Assembly (NCBI GenBank): GCA_011605725.1
Contig: JAAOZP010000017.1
Location: 192,001 to 256,000 of the forward strand
Reading direction: 5' to 3'
Length of the DNA: 64,000 bases
Source: Nitrososphaerota archaeon
GTDB taxonomy: Archaea; Thermoproteota; EX4484-205; JAAOZP01
Part shown: piece by piece, positions 9,986 through 19,624 of the stretch
Position numbering within the stretch: the stretch's first letter is position 1
Layout of the letters: each line of letters begins with the position of its first letter
Notes under the pieces: generated by a model
Databases searched by the model: none
Told to the model about the DNA's origin: nothing
Seen by the model: the letters and a program-made list of their open reading frames with translations, nothing else
Translations under genes and position numbers: made by a program

Positions 9986-10909
9986 TTGAGCCGGGAGCAT
10001 ACGGGAGAACATGTGTTAATGGGCTGTTTGCAAAGAATCAAGGGAAGCTTAAGGGTGAGGAAGGTTGAGTTTTCAGAGGGCGCTGGTTCAGTAATCGTTG
10101 AAGTCGACTCGCTGAGTTTCAATGAGCTTGCTGAAGCTCAGGTTATGGCGAACAGGGTGATCGCTGAAGGGAAAAACGTTAAGGAGCATTTCTTCGATTC
10201 GCTTGAAGATGCTCAGAAGGCTTTTCCAAGCCTCCGGGCACACGAGGAACGCATCAAGGGCCGTGTGCGAGTTGTCGAGATAGATGGGTTCGATTATTCA
10301 GCATGCACTGGCGAGCATGTTCGTAACACTAGAGAATGCGGAATGATTCTGGTTACACATGTTTCTAAAAGCGGTGGCGAGTATAGACTGGATTTCGAAA
10401 TCGGCGAGAAAGCCCTTGAGACTGCTGTGAGACTCAGCACCCTCTGCCTATCCGTCTCCTCAATACTTGGCTCACCGATTAAAAACCTTGAGAAGACGGT
10501 TCTGAACATGAGGATGGAGAACGAGGATATTCGAAAAAGGCTTTCAGCAACAACTGAGCAACTGGTCTGCAACACTCTTTCAAAAACTGTTCTGGGCGAG
10601 GTTGAGTTTCACAAGGGCCTGTTGAAAGGCGTGGACTTAAGGACAGTTATGAAGACTGTTGGCGAACTCATTGACAGAAGCCGATCCGTCTACGTTATAG
10701 GTGTTGAATGGCCCGGGGCGTGCAGCATTCTCGTAGGCAGCAGCGATGAAAGGGTTAAGGCAGCTGAACTGATCAGAGAAGTCTGCAAGGCTTTCAACGG
10801 CAAGGGGGGTGGAGACGAGAAGATAGCAGTAGGCTCACTTCCATGCGACACTTACCCTAGGGCTTTTGAAGAGGCGGAGGAAAAAGTTTTAAGGCTTTTA
10901 AGCAGCTAG
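9986..10909 (+). CDS. AlaX-type aminoacyl-tRNA editing protein with C-terminal DHHA1 (C-Ala) domain
   Basis: Zn motifs HTGEH and CTGEH, VRVVEIDGFDYSAC, coiled-coil linker, C-terminal GKGGG. Confidence 0.85.
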   Translation: MSREHTGEHVLMGCLQRIKGSLRVRKVEFSEGAGSVIVEVDSLSFNELAEAQVMANRVIAEGKNVKEHFFDSLEDAQKAFPSLRAHEERIKGRVRVVEIDGFDYSACTGEHVRNTRECGMILVTHVSKSGGEYRLDFEIGEKALETAVRLSTLCLSVSSILGSPIKNLEKTVLNMRMENEDIRKRLSATTEQLVCNTLSKTVLGEVEFHKGLLKGVDLRTVMKTVGELIDRSRSVYVIGVEWPGACSILVGSSDERVKAAELIREVCKAFNGKGGGDEKIAVGSLPCDTYPRAFEEAEEKVLRLLSS

Positions 10910-10947
10910 ACTGCTTACCCCTAATTACCCGCATCCTCACCTAGAGC

Positions 10948-12102
10948 CTACTTCACAACCACCCTTGAAGAAAGCCCAATGCTCCTGCTGACTACGGAAT
11001 CCAGGTCAATCTGTCTTTCAAGCTTCTCTACAATTTCCAGCTTAGCTCTAGTCTCAGGATGTCTAGCAATAATGCTGCAACAATCCTTATACGGCTTTAT
11101 TGAAAGCTCGTACGTGCCTATTTTCTTAGCAACGTTTACAATCTCCTCCTTGTCGAAGGCTATGAGCGGTCTGAAAACAGGTATTCTAAGACCCCTGCTA
11201 GCTGCAACAATGTTTTCAAGCGTTTGAGACGCTACTTGAGCAAGGCTTTCACCGGTAACAAGGGCTTTAGCGCCTTCAGCCTCAGCAATCCTCTCCGCAA
11301 CCTTAAACATGAACCTCCTGAAGAGGATTAAGTCATACTTAGCAGGAACGTTAACCGTCGCTATTTGAAACTCGTAAGAAGGTGTGAAGGTTACCGTGGT
11401 TTCGCCGGAGTAGGGCAGCAGTTTCCTAACTATCTCCATTATCTTAGAGTTCTCCGCCTCAGCATTATCGTGGAAAGGATGGAAATGCAGATAGCTGACT
11501 CTGCAACCCCTTTTCATCATCAAGTATGAGGCGATTGGAGAATCTATTCCTCCGGAAAGAAGCGAGAGAACTCTGCCTGAAGACCCGACGGGAAGCCCCC
11601 CTAAACCTCTTTTCTTCTCGGTGAACACGTATGCCTCCTTGCTTAAGACTTCAACATATATTTTCTTAGAAGGGTTTTTGAGGGAAACACTCACTCCGAG
11701 TTTCTCGACAAGCATTCTCCCCAGAATCCTGCTTAGCTCGAGAGAGGTTGCTGGAAAACTCTTGTCAGCCCTCTTAACCTCAACCTTAATCGGCTCACCC
11801 GGCTTAACAACCTGTGAAGCTTCCTCAACCACAGTTCTCCCTATTGATTCAACATTTGGCTCAGCAATGGTTGCGAAAGTAAACCATGATATTCCGAAAA
11901 CCTTCATGAGGCCTTCCTCAACCCTCTGGAGGTCAGCTCCGTTCAACGGTAAAACCAGCCTACCCTGAATCCTTCTAACCTTTGAGTCAACTATGCCGCT
12001 TAATAGGCGCCTAACGTTCTCGGCAAGCATTTTCTCGAAGAAAGGCCTGTTTCGACCTTTCAAACCTATTTCAGAGTAGTGGATTACGCAGACCCTTCCC
12101 AT
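10948..12102 (-). CDS. thiI: tRNA 4-thiouridine(8) synthase ThiI (THUMP + PP-loop, no rhodanese domain)
   Basis: HYSEIGLKGRNR, GLGGLPVG, LLSGGIDS, GESLAQVASQT, RPLIAFDKEEI, DCC. Confidence 0.95.
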   Translation of the reverse strand: MGRVCVIHYSEIGLKGRNRPFFEKMLAENVRRLLSGIVDSKVRRIQGRLVLPLNGADLQRVEEGLMKVFGISWFTFATIAEPNVESIGRTVVEEASQVVKPGEPIKVEVKRADKSFPATSLELSRILGRMLVEKLGVSVSLKNPSKKIYVEVLSKEAYVFTEKKRGLGGLPVGSSGRVLSLLSGGIDSPIASYLMMKRGCRVSYLHFHPFHDNAEAENSKIMEIVRKLLPYSGETTVTFTPSYEFQIATVNVPAKYDLILFRRFMFKVAERIAEAEGAKALVTGESLAQVASQTLENIVAASRGLRIPVFRPLIAFDKEEIVNVAKKIGTYELSIKPYKDCCSIIARHPETRAKLEIVEKLERQIDLDSVVSRSIGLSSRVVVK

Positions 12103-12175
12103 CTGTTTGCGAAACGATTCTCCAGATTTAAGGATTGCAACCTACACCTGCCTACAGCATGGGAATCATGATGAT

Positions 12176-12406
12176 CTAGTCGCAGAGCAGTGTCATCGTC
12201 CTTAAAACACCCTTGACACGCCTTATCTCCGACACTACTTTGTCAAGCTGCTTAATATCGTTAACCTCTATCCTAACTATAAGGTCGTATTCACCGTAAA
12301 CAGTGTCTACATCCGTCACGTTAGCCATGCTTCTTATGGTTTCCTCAACATTCCTCTCTAAACCTACTTCGCAAACTATCAGCAGATACGCCTTAAGCAT
12401 CACCAC
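12176..12406 (-). CDS. Stand-alone Lrp/AsnC ligand-binding (RAM) domain protein
   Basis: KAYLLI, VYGEYDLIVRIEV, IRRVKGVLRTMT; no HTH. Confidence 0.88.
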   Translation of the reverse strand: MVMLKAYLLIVCEVGLERNVEETIRSMANVTDVDTVYGEYDLIVRIEVNDIKQLDKVVSEIRRVKGVLRTMTLLCD

Positions 12407-12489
12407 CTATTTAATGAAACTGTTTTTAAAGTTTAAGCCGTGTAAACATAAAACATATATAACTGTGCTTAGGGGAGAACCGCAAAATA

Positions 12490-12675
12490 ATGATCAGGGC
12501 TCAACTCGACCTGTCGGTTTTCTTCCTCTTCTACATGATTGCAATATTCCTAAGTTTCCTTGCTTTTCTGATAAGCGCATTCCTGAGACATAGGAGGGAA
12601 ACTAGAAGGCTCAGGGAGAAGTTTAAAAGACTCAGGGAGAAGCCTGAGCAACCATGGTTTGAGGAAACAGACTAG
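12490..12675 (+). CDS. Small single-pass membrane protein
   Basis: One hydrophobic helix followed by a basic tail; AT-rich TATA-like box (CATATATAA) about 30 nt upstream. Confidence 0.55.
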   Translation: MIRAQLDLSVFFLFYMIAIFLSFLAFLISAFLRHRRETRRLREKFKRLREKPEQPWFEETD

Positions 12676-13058
12676 AACTTGTTTAAATCCACAGGGACAA
12701 GCATCAGGTTAAGCTCAAAAGGCTTCTCGCTAAGCCTCAGCCCCATTATCTTCAGATTTTTCCCATCCCAGCTAAGTCTGAAGCCCTCGATTCTACAGGG
12801 AAGCTCCTCTGTTACGCTTAGAACACCTGGCCCACTGTCTTCTAAAACGAGCATTTTAACCGTCGCCTCGCCTTTAAGCGTTGAAATGGAAAGCCTGAAA
12901 CCTTCCCGGGTCTTCTTCAAGCCTATTTTCAAAACGTTACCTGGGATACTTACCTCAACATAACCCGGCTCCAGGTTTTTCAGGAGAAGCACATTCTCCT
13001 CCTCCAAGTAGACGCAGCTAAGCCTGTTCAAGACTCTTTTAGAAAAAAGGATGTGCAA
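12672..13058 (-). CDS. Hypothetical protein
   Basis: 128-aa ORF with genome-typical codon use filling the gap; no recognised motif. Confidence 0.55.
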   Translation of the reverse strand: MHILFSKRVLNRLSCVYLEEENVLLLKNLEPGYVEVSIPGNVLKIGLKKTREGFRLSISTLKGEATVKMLVLEDSGPGVLSVTEELPCRIEGFRLSWDGKNLKIMGLRLSEKPFELNLMLVPVDLNKF

Positions 13059-13093
13059 GATAAGCGTTTATAGAGGGGGTTCTTATTCATCCC

Positions 13094-14383
13094 ATGCAAA
13101 CTGTCTGGGAGAAAGTGGTTGAAGAGCTTCAGCTGAGAAGAATATCCGACTGCTTGTTCATTCCAAGGTATGATGGCTTCTCCCTTCCAAACCTTTCAAA
13201 CAGCCTCATGAAACTTATGGGTGTTAAACCATCCGGGAGAACGCTTAGAAACGACGTCTTAACAGGCTTCAAAAACCCGGGTAAGATTGCTCTAGTAGTC
13301 ATGGATGCCATGGGACTTAACATGTTTGAAAAGGCTTCTGACACGCTTAAACATTTTCTAAACAGCTTTTTTACGAGGAGAGGAATACCCGTTAACGCTT
13401 TAACATCCGTCTTTCCAACGACGACGTCGGCTGCGTTGACAAGCCTCAACACTGGGTTAAGCCCTCAGGAGCACGGCGTCGTTGCTTACACGCTCTTCAT
13501 GAAGGAACTGGGCTCAATGGTTAACATGATTTCCCTAAGCCCTGTCAACGATGAAAGGAGGAACAGGGTTTTCGAACTTGGCATGGATGCTGGTAAAATA
13601 CTTGGCGTAAAGGTTCTGACAGAGAAGCTTGCTGAAGCAGGTGTTGAACCTAAAACCATAATCAGGTACGGTATCCGTAACAGTGGTCTTTCAACACTGC
13701 TCTATAAGGGTTCAGGAATAACACCTGCGTTAACCAGCGTGGATTTCGCGATAAACCTTGTTAAACAAGTTAACGAGAGGCGCACAGGCTTCATAATAGC
13801 TTACTGGGATAGTTTCGACGGACAGTCTCATTACTACGGGCCTTTCAGCACTGAGGCTGAACTCGAGCTGCTAAACACTTTCAGTGTTCTCAGGGAAGCC
13901 CTTAAAAGGGTTAAGCCTGAAGCCGCTAGGGAAACACTCCTCATAGTGACTTCCGACCATGGTCAGTCAAGGGTTAGAGACGATAAGTCAATCAGGCTCG
14001 ACAGTTTAAACTGGCTTAAGGATTCTCTCGTAATGCCTCCAGCCGGCGAGTCTAGAGCAGCCTACCTGTATCTTAAGAAGAATGTTGAAGGGTTTGAGAA
14101 AACGTTTCTCAGGAGGATTGGCGGAAACATCTCCCTGTTTAAATCGAGAAAGCTGCTGGAGAAAGGGGTTTTCGGAACAGGCGAGGTTAAGCCCTGCGTG
14201 GTGGACAGGATTGGAGACTATGCTGCGCTTTCTAAGGATGATAGCAGACTCGTTTTCCACTATGATTTGAAGGAAAGAATGGAGCCGGAGTTCGTAAGGG
14301 CGGGGGCACACGGTTCGCTGACGCTGGATGAGCTTTTAGTACCGTTCGTCGCATGCAGGCTTTCAAGCCTTTTAGAGCATTAG
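13094..14383 (+). CDS. Alkaline phosphatase superfamily nucleotide pyrophosphatase/phosphodiesterase
   Basis: VVMDAMG, SVFPTTTSAALTSLNTG-PQEHG, D-QSHYYGP, TSDHGQ, GAHGSLT. Confidence 0.9.
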   Translation: MQTVWEKVVEELQLRRISDCLFIPRYDGFSLPNLSNSLMKLMGVKPSGRTLRNDVLTGFKNPGKIALVVMDAMGLNMFEKASDTLKHFLNSFFTRRGIPVNALTSVFPTTTSAALTSLNTGLSPQEHGVVAYTLFMKELGSMVNMISLSPVNDERRNRVFELGMDAGKILGVKVLTEKLAEAGVEPKTIIRYGIRNSGLSTLLYKGSGITPALTSVDFAINLVKQVNERRTGFIIAYWDSFDGQSHYYGPFSTEAELELLNTFSVLREALKRVKPEAARETLLIVTSDHGQSRVRDDKSIRLDSLNWLKDSLVMPPAGESRAAYLYLKKNVEGFEKTFLRRIGGNISLFKSRKLLEKGVFGTGEVKPCVVDRIGDYAALSKDDSRLVFHYDLKERMEPEFVRAGAHGSLTLDELLVPFVACRLSSLLEH

Positions 14384-14506
14384 AAACATCCTTCTAGCTG
14401 TGGAACAGGCTGAAGAACATTTGAAAAGATTACAAAACACGCTGGCTGGTTTAGAGGTTTGATCCACCGGTTTTCAACAGTTAAGAAGGTTTATTAAATG
14501 TGCTCC

Positions 14507-14920
14507 TTAATACCTCCTCCTTGGACCACGGTTAAACCTTCTCGCGCCGTAGTAGCTCCCTGAAACCTCTTTCTCAGACATGTTGTTTGAAGTGTCAACG
14601 CTTTCTATCTGAGCATCACTCTTCTCTATGGAACCATACTTGCCCACGTTCAGCCTTAGAGTTCTCTGGTAAACCGTTACATAGCCGTTTTTAATCATTA
14701 TAACATCCTCCGGCTTAACCAAATCGATATTCTCATTCCAGAGTGTAAGCAGTATTGTTCCTGTTTCGTCGCCGATTTTTGCTTCTGCAACCCTGTTCGT
14801 AGAGCCTCCGTACCTAGATGCTACTTCCCTCGTTTCAGAGAGGGAGAGCACCTTGGCGAGAAGGTTTACGTGTTTAGAGTCGGTGTTAAGGTCTTTAACC
14901 TTAACAAGCTGCTCCGCCAC
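14507..14920 (-). CDS. ssb: Single-stranded DNA-binding protein (single OB fold, crenarchaeal type)
   Basis: VAEAKIGDETGTILLTLWNE, IKNGYV, LRLNVGKYGSI; Gly/Arg-rich tail. Confidence 0.92.
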   Translation of the reverse strand: MAEQLVKVKDLNTDSKHVNLLAKVLSLSETREVASRYGGSTNRVAEAKIGDETGTILLTLWNENIDLVKPEDVIMIKNGYVTVYQRTLRLNVGKYGSIEKSDAQIESVDTSNNMSEKEVSGSYYGARRFNRGPRRRY

Positions 14921-15004
14921 TTCTTCTCATCTCCATGAACTTTTTATCAAGGCTGTATTTAACCTTTCCCCCGGAGAAAAGCTTATCTGAGTCGCACACT
15001 ATTA

Positions 15005-15247
15005 ATGAACATCATGGAGGCAATAATACTCGTAAAGGTTTCAAGCAGTTTCCAGGGTAATGTTGAGAAGGTTCTTCAAATAAAAGGGGTGAAAAAGGTT
15101 TACGAGCTGACGGGAGACATAGACCTGCTGGTTGAGGTTGAAACCCCGTCTGAAACAGATCTTAGGAGAATAGTTGACGAAATCCTTAGCGTCAAAGGCG
15201 TGGAGTCAACGGACACGCGCATAGTTCTATCACACATTGTCAAGTAG
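15005..15247 (+). CDS. Stand-alone Lrp/AsnC RAM domain protein
   Basis: YELTGDIDLLVEVE...ILSVKGVESTDTRIVL. Confidence 0.85.
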   Translation: MNIMEAIILVKVSSSFQGNVEKVLQIKGVKKVYELTGDIDLLVEVETPSETDLRRIVDEILSVKGVESTDTRIVLSHIVK

Positions 15248-15286
15248 GAAAAACATATATGCCGGTTTTCCGGGTGAGTCTCAGGA

Positions 15287-15538
15287 ATGCAGGCTTTCGT
15301 GCTTGCTAAGGTGGGCAAGGCTTTCAACAGGGATAAGGTTATGGAGGAGCTTCTCAGCATTGAGGAGGTTAGGGAGGTTATGGAGCTGACGGGAGACATA
15401 GACCTGCTGGTTAGGGTGGATGTGCTGGATGTTGAGAGGCTTATGAAGACGGTTTTAAAAATAAGGAGCGTAGAGTCGATCGTTACAACAGACACCCGCG
15501 TAGTGCTCTCGGTTGAGCGCGCAGCCGTCCCTCGTTAG
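15287..15538 (+). CDS. Stand-alone Lrp/AsnC RAM domain protein (tandem paralog)
   Basis: MELTGDIDLLVRVD...IRSVESIVTTDTRVVL. Confidence 0.85.
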   Translation: MQAFVLAKVGKAFNRDKVMEELLSIEEVREVMELTGDIDLLVRVDVLDVERLMKTVLKIRSVESIVTTDTRVVLSVERAAVPR

Positions 15539-15637
15539 CACGCGTTGAAAACAATGGAGAGACACGGCCTAGTTGCCGGATCGCACGTGAAGAACTTAGA
15601 TACTGGTGTTTACGGTTTTAAAGGTGGTGAAGCTTAA

Positions 15638-16330
15638 ATGATTGAAGCAGTACTACTGGACATGGATGGTACGCTTATAGAGTTCAACTATAACTATGTT
15701 TCGGCGAGAAGACTAATCATAGCTAAACTGGTAGAGATGGGTGTTGAAGAAAGCATTCTTTCAGAGTCTAAACCGGCCCCGGTAAACGTGGAGGATGCAG
15801 TCATGTTCATGCGGAGGAAAGGGTTTAGCGAGGAAGAGCTGAGGATTCTCAGGAGGAAGGCTTACGAGGTGGTGGAGCCGATGGAGCTTGAAGCCGCCAG
15901 CAACCCGGTTTTAAGGAAAGGGGTTTCCGACCTCCTGTCATGGCTTATGGATAACGGGGTGAAGACAGCCGTCTGCACGAACAACTGTAGCACAGCCTGT
16001 GAAATCGTTCTTCGCAAAACTCGTTTAAAAAGATTCTTCACACACGTGTTAACAAGGGATGATGTCGAGAGGCTTAAGCCTTTTCCAGACATTATTATTA
16101 AGGCTTGTGAGAAGCTATGTGTTCCGCCTGAGAAAACGGTTTACGTTGGAGACTCCCCGATAGACATTACAGCAGCCAGGAGCGCAAGGGTTAAGCCGAT
16201 AGGAATAGTTTCCAGTCTCTGCAACGCTGAGAAGCTTAAGAATGCTGGTGCAGAGCTTGTGGTTTCAAGCATGGACGAGCTTAAGGAACAGTTAAAAAGA
16301 ATCATCCGTGTAAGCCCTTTGGAAAGATAG
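15638..16330 (+). CDS. HAD-superfamily phosphatase
   Basis: DMDGTL, CTNN, KPFP, YVGDSPID. Confidence 0.92.
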   Translation: MIEAVLLDMDGTLIEFNYNYVSARRLIIAKLVEMGVEESILSESKPAPVNVEDAVMFMRRKGFSEEELRILRRKAYEVVEPMELEAASNPVLRKGVSDLLSWLMDNGVKTAVCTNNCSTACEIVLRKTRLKRFFTHVLTRDDVERLKPFPDIIIKACEKLCVPPEKTVYVGDSPIDITAARSARVKPIGIVSSLCNAEKLKNAGAELVVSSMDELKEQLKRIIRVSPLER

Positions 16331-16472
16331 GGGGTTCTAACAGTTTTGAGGGATGCTGGCATCAAGCGCATGCTACAGCCCCTAACCAGGCAGGACTGGA
16401 TGTTAGCGGCTCAGCTTAGCAGGATGTCGAATCTAGGTAAAAATATATATACTGATAAAACATGCGCTACGC

Positions 16473-17528
16473 ATGGCAGGCAAGCGAATAAGGGTGGCAA
16501 TCATAGGAGTTGGAAACTGCGCTTCCGCAACCGTTCAAGGCATATACTACTATTCTTCAAACCCTGGGGGAGAAGGGTTGTGGCACCCCGTGGTTGGGGG
16601 TTACAGGGTTAGCGACATCCAGATCGTTGCAGCCTTAGACATAGATGGGAGGAAAACCGGTAAAGATGTTTCCGAGGCGATTTTCTCAGAGCCCAATGTT
16701 TTCGAGAAACGCTTAACCATGCCTAAGACCGGGGTCATAGTGGAGAAGGGGCTGCTCGAGGACGAGTTAAACCCTTACCTAGCATCAACCGTTAAACCCG
16801 TGAAACAAGACAGGGAGAAAATCGTCGAATATTTCCGTAAGAACCGTGTCGAAATAGCTGTAAACATGATTTCCAGTGGTCTCGACAAGTCTTCACTCGC
16901 TTATGCTGAGGCTGCGCGTGAGGCTGGGGCAAGCTTCATAAACGCTACTCCGACGAGCATCGCTACAAACCGTCTAATAATTGAAGAATTCGAAAACAAG
17001 GGGCTCATAGTGGTTGGAGACGATCTTATGAGCCAGCTTGGGGGAACAGCTTTACACAGGGGGCTTGTGGCCTTTCTCAAGTCTAGAGGGCTCAAGCCTG
17101 TTAAAAGCTATCAGCTTGACGTTGGAGGCGGGTTGGAGACGTTGAACACGATGCATGAGGACCTTAGGGATTTCAAGAAGCAGGTTAAAACATCCTCCAT
17201 AATTGAAGAGGCTGAGGAGGGCTGGGAGGTTGTTTCCGGAACAACTGATTACGTTGACTTCCTAGGGAACAACAGGGTTACTTATCTCCAGTTTATCGCA
17301 AAAGGCTTCATGGAGGGTGGCTTCACTATAAACGTGAACATGAGGTCTAACGACGGTTTTAACGCTGGAAACATGATACTCGATGTTGTGAGGGCTGTCG
17401 CCAAGGCTATGGATGATGGGCTCAGGGGAAATGTCCGCGAGATCTCTAACTACGGTTTCAAGAAAACGCTGGAGAAGAAAAAGCTTTTCGAAGCCACCGC
17501 CGTATTCCAATCTAAATATTGCGGCTGA
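16473..17528 (+). CDS. ino1: myo-Inositol-1-phosphate synthase family protein
   Basis: GVGNCASA, KTGKDVSEAIF-EPN, FINATP, GDDLMSQLGGT, YQLDVGG. Confidence 0.85.
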   Translation: MAGKRIRVAIIGVGNCASATVQGIYYYSSNPGGEGLWHPVVGGYRVSDIQIVAALDIDGRKTGKDVSEAIFSEPNVFEKRLTMPKTGVIVEKGLLEDELNPYLASTVKPVKQDREKIVEYFRKNRVEIAVNMISSGLDKSSLAYAEAAREAGASFINATPTSIATNRLIIEEFENKGLIVVGDDLMSQLGGTALHRGLVAFLKSRGLKPVKSYQLDVGGGLETLNTMHEDLRDFKKQVKTSSIIEEAEEGWEVVSGTTDYVDFLGNNRVTYLQFIAKGFMEGGFTINVNMRSNDGFNAGNMILDVVRAVAKAMDDGLRGNVREISNYGFKKTLEKKKLFEATAVFQSKYCG

Positions 17529-17816
17529 CTAATCCTTCTCCCCTATAAGCCTCAGGTCTATAGATTTCTCTCCGAGTCTAAGGATCTCTATTCCAATTAT
17601 TTTCAGGCTTATTTTAAGCCCCTTAGCGCGAATCCTCATTCTCTTCGGTTTTGACGGCGAAACCTCCCTAGCCTCTTTCAGGAAAATGTTGAGCGGTATG
17701 AGCTCACCACCCCATTCCACTGCTTTAGTTGGAGACTTGTCCCCGACTTCCAGGAGCCTGAGCGTCAGCTCAACCTCGTACTCTCCCCCAGCCCATCTTT
17801 TAAACATGCTTTTCAA
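17529..17816 (-). CDS. Hypothetical protein
   Basis: 95-aa ORF overlapping the stop of the upstream GIY-YIG gene. Confidence 0.55.
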   Translation of the reverse strand: MKSMFKRWAGGEYEVELTLRLLEVGDKSPTKAVEWGGELIPLNIFLKEAREVSPSKPKRMRIRAKGLKISLKIIGIEILRLGEKSIDLRLIGEKD

Positions 17817-18285
17817 GTTTAGACAGGCTTATTAAAGCCTCTCGGCTTAAAACCCTATAGCTTAAGCTGTTCCTCCTCATAGTAAGCACTATTCCTCTAA
17901 CAGTTTCTCTTAAGCCCCTGCGGGAAAACAAGAGGTGTGAGAAATCACTGGGCAAGTCGGTTGCACCAAAACCCTTAACCATTTTAACAAGGCCTGAAGA
18001 GGAAAGGATGCGTGTAAGCCTCGACTCCCCGTTTACGAGAGGAGTATAGATCACGCTTACAATCCTGACGCTCCTAAGCCTCGTCAAATAGTCTATGTGC
18101 CACCTCGCCTTCTTATCCCTCCTCAAGTGTCTCAAAACCCTTTTCTCGAAGCCTCCCGGCCCCATTGCAGAACCCACGTAAACATAGCAGCCGCGGGGAA
18201 GCCTGACCCGTGGAAGGGAGCCAGGTTTAAACCAGACGTTTCTCCGAATTGAAATGACGAGAATGTAGGAACCCTTCAAAAACAC
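17800..18285 (-). CDS. GIY-YIG nuclease family protein (DUF123-like)
   Basis: GSYILVI...YVYVGSAMG...RVLRHL...WHIDYL...GFGATD. Confidence 0.88.
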   Translation of the reverse strand: MFLKGSYILVISIRRNVWFKPGSLPRVRLPRGCYVYVGSAMGPGGFEKRVLRHLRRDKKARWHIDYLTRLRSVRIVSVIYTPLVNGESRLTRILSSSGLVKMVKGFGATDLPSDFSHLLFSRRGLRETVRGIVLTMRRNSLSYRVLSREALISLSKLEKHV

Positions 18286-18330
18286 ACACCTGGATCAGAA
18301 TGCTTAAGAAACTCTGGACTACTGAGAAAA

Positions 18331-18846
18331 GTGTTGTTGAACGAGAGGAACGAGCCCCTGCTCGACCCTGAGAGGCTTAGAATGATTGAGGTTGCTTCAA
18401 ACCCGCATAGGATGAGGATAATGATGGAACTGCTTAACAAAGAGGGCACGGCGGCGTCGCTCTCTAAAACCCTTGGGTATTCTAGGCAGCTTGTAGACCA
18501 CCATCTGGAGACTTTGGAGAAAAGCGGGCTCGTGTTTAAAAGGAAGATTGGAAACGTAGAGGTGTATAGTGCTACGGAGAGCGCGAAGACAATAGTTTCG
18601 GAGATACTTAAGATGCACTCTGAAATAGGAAGGGCTGAGAAAGGCGAGACGGCTGTGAAGGCTGAGAAGCATAAAGCAGGTTTAAAACCCATTAGGCTCA
18701 TTCCAATGGCTGTAGGAGCATCCATAGTGCTCGTAGCATCCGCTGAAGCGATCCGCGTAGGAAAATACACTTATATTCTCGGAGGAATATTGCTGGGCAT
18801 TCTTCTCTACTTCGCGTCTTCAAGGCTCATCCGGCTTCTAGAATAG
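18331..18846 (+). CDS. Winged-HTH (ArsR-like) regulator with two C-terminal transmembrane helices
   Basis: [12 protein letters not shown]...[26 protein letters not shown], followed by two hydrophobic segments. Confidence 0.8.
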   Translation: MLLNERNEPLLDPERLRMIEVASNPHRMRIMMELLNKEGTAASLSKTLGYSRQLVDHHLETLEKSGLVFKRKIGNVEVYSATESAKTIVSEILKMHSEIGRAEKGETAVKAEKHKAGLKPIRLIPMAVGASIVLVASAEAIRVGKYTYILGGILLGILLYFASSRLIRLLE

Positions 18847-19621
18847 TGCATTCGAAACCAGCCTCATCCTTAACCATAAGGCTTAAAGCTTCCGGCCGGG
18901 TTAAGTTCCCAATAATCACTCTAACACCTTTTTCAGCAGCATACAGCCCCTCCTCGATCTTCTTGCAGATTCCCCCAGTCACGTCGCCAGGTCTAAGCGA
19001 TGCTGCGAAACCCCGTATCGTTCTCCTATTCAACCGGCGGATTAGGCTTGCATCAGGGTTAAGCCTAGGGTCGCTAGTGAAAACCCCGTCGACATCAGTC
19101 CCGTATATGAGCTTGACGGCGCCTAGTCTAACGGCGAGAAAAGAGGCCAACTGGTCTCCCGAGACTATCGTGAATCTTTTCTCAGAAGAATCCATAGCGA
19201 TATCTCCAGGAATTAACGGTACGAGACCCAGGCTCAGCATCATTCTAAGCGGCCTGGTGAAAAAGCTTTCTATCCTACCTGATGAACAGGTTAAGCAGCT
19301 TACAGGAGTAACCGGTACTGCTGGAACCCCGTGTGAAGCTAGGCTCGCAAGTATCAGCTGAGTCAGCTCGTTCATACTGAGCTTAACCCTTGATAACCCT
19401 ATGAGCTGGTTTGGCTCAAGATAACCCTCGTCAACACGATGCTCGGATGCAACAACATGCCCGTATGAGCCACCGCCGTGAACCAGAATAAAGCTGTAAT
19501 CCCGGAGTAATCCTGAAACCTGTTTTGAAACCTGCTCTATCACAAGAGTGTTAGGTTTGAAAGGCTCATCCTTCCTAGTTACCACGCTTCCCCCTAGCTT
19601 GACAACGATTAGAGGCTTCAT
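18827..19621 (-). CDS. Isopentenyl phosphate kinase
   Basis: [33 protein letters not shown]; adjacent to GGPP synthase. Confidence 0.92.
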   Translation of the reverse strand: MKPLIVVKLGGSVVTRKDEPFKPNTLVIEQVSKQVSGLLRDYSFILVHGGGSYGHVVASEHRVDEGYLEPNQLIGLSRVKLSMNELTQLILASLASHGVPAVPVTPVSCLTCSSGRIESFFTRPLRMMLSLGLVPLIPGDIAMDSSEKRFTIVSGDQLASFLAVRLGAVKLIYGTDVDGVFTSDPRLNPDASLIRRLNRRTIRGFAASLRPGDVTGGICKKIEEGLYAAEKGVRVIIGNLTRPEALSLMVKDEAGFECTILEAG

Positions 19622-19624
19622 TTT

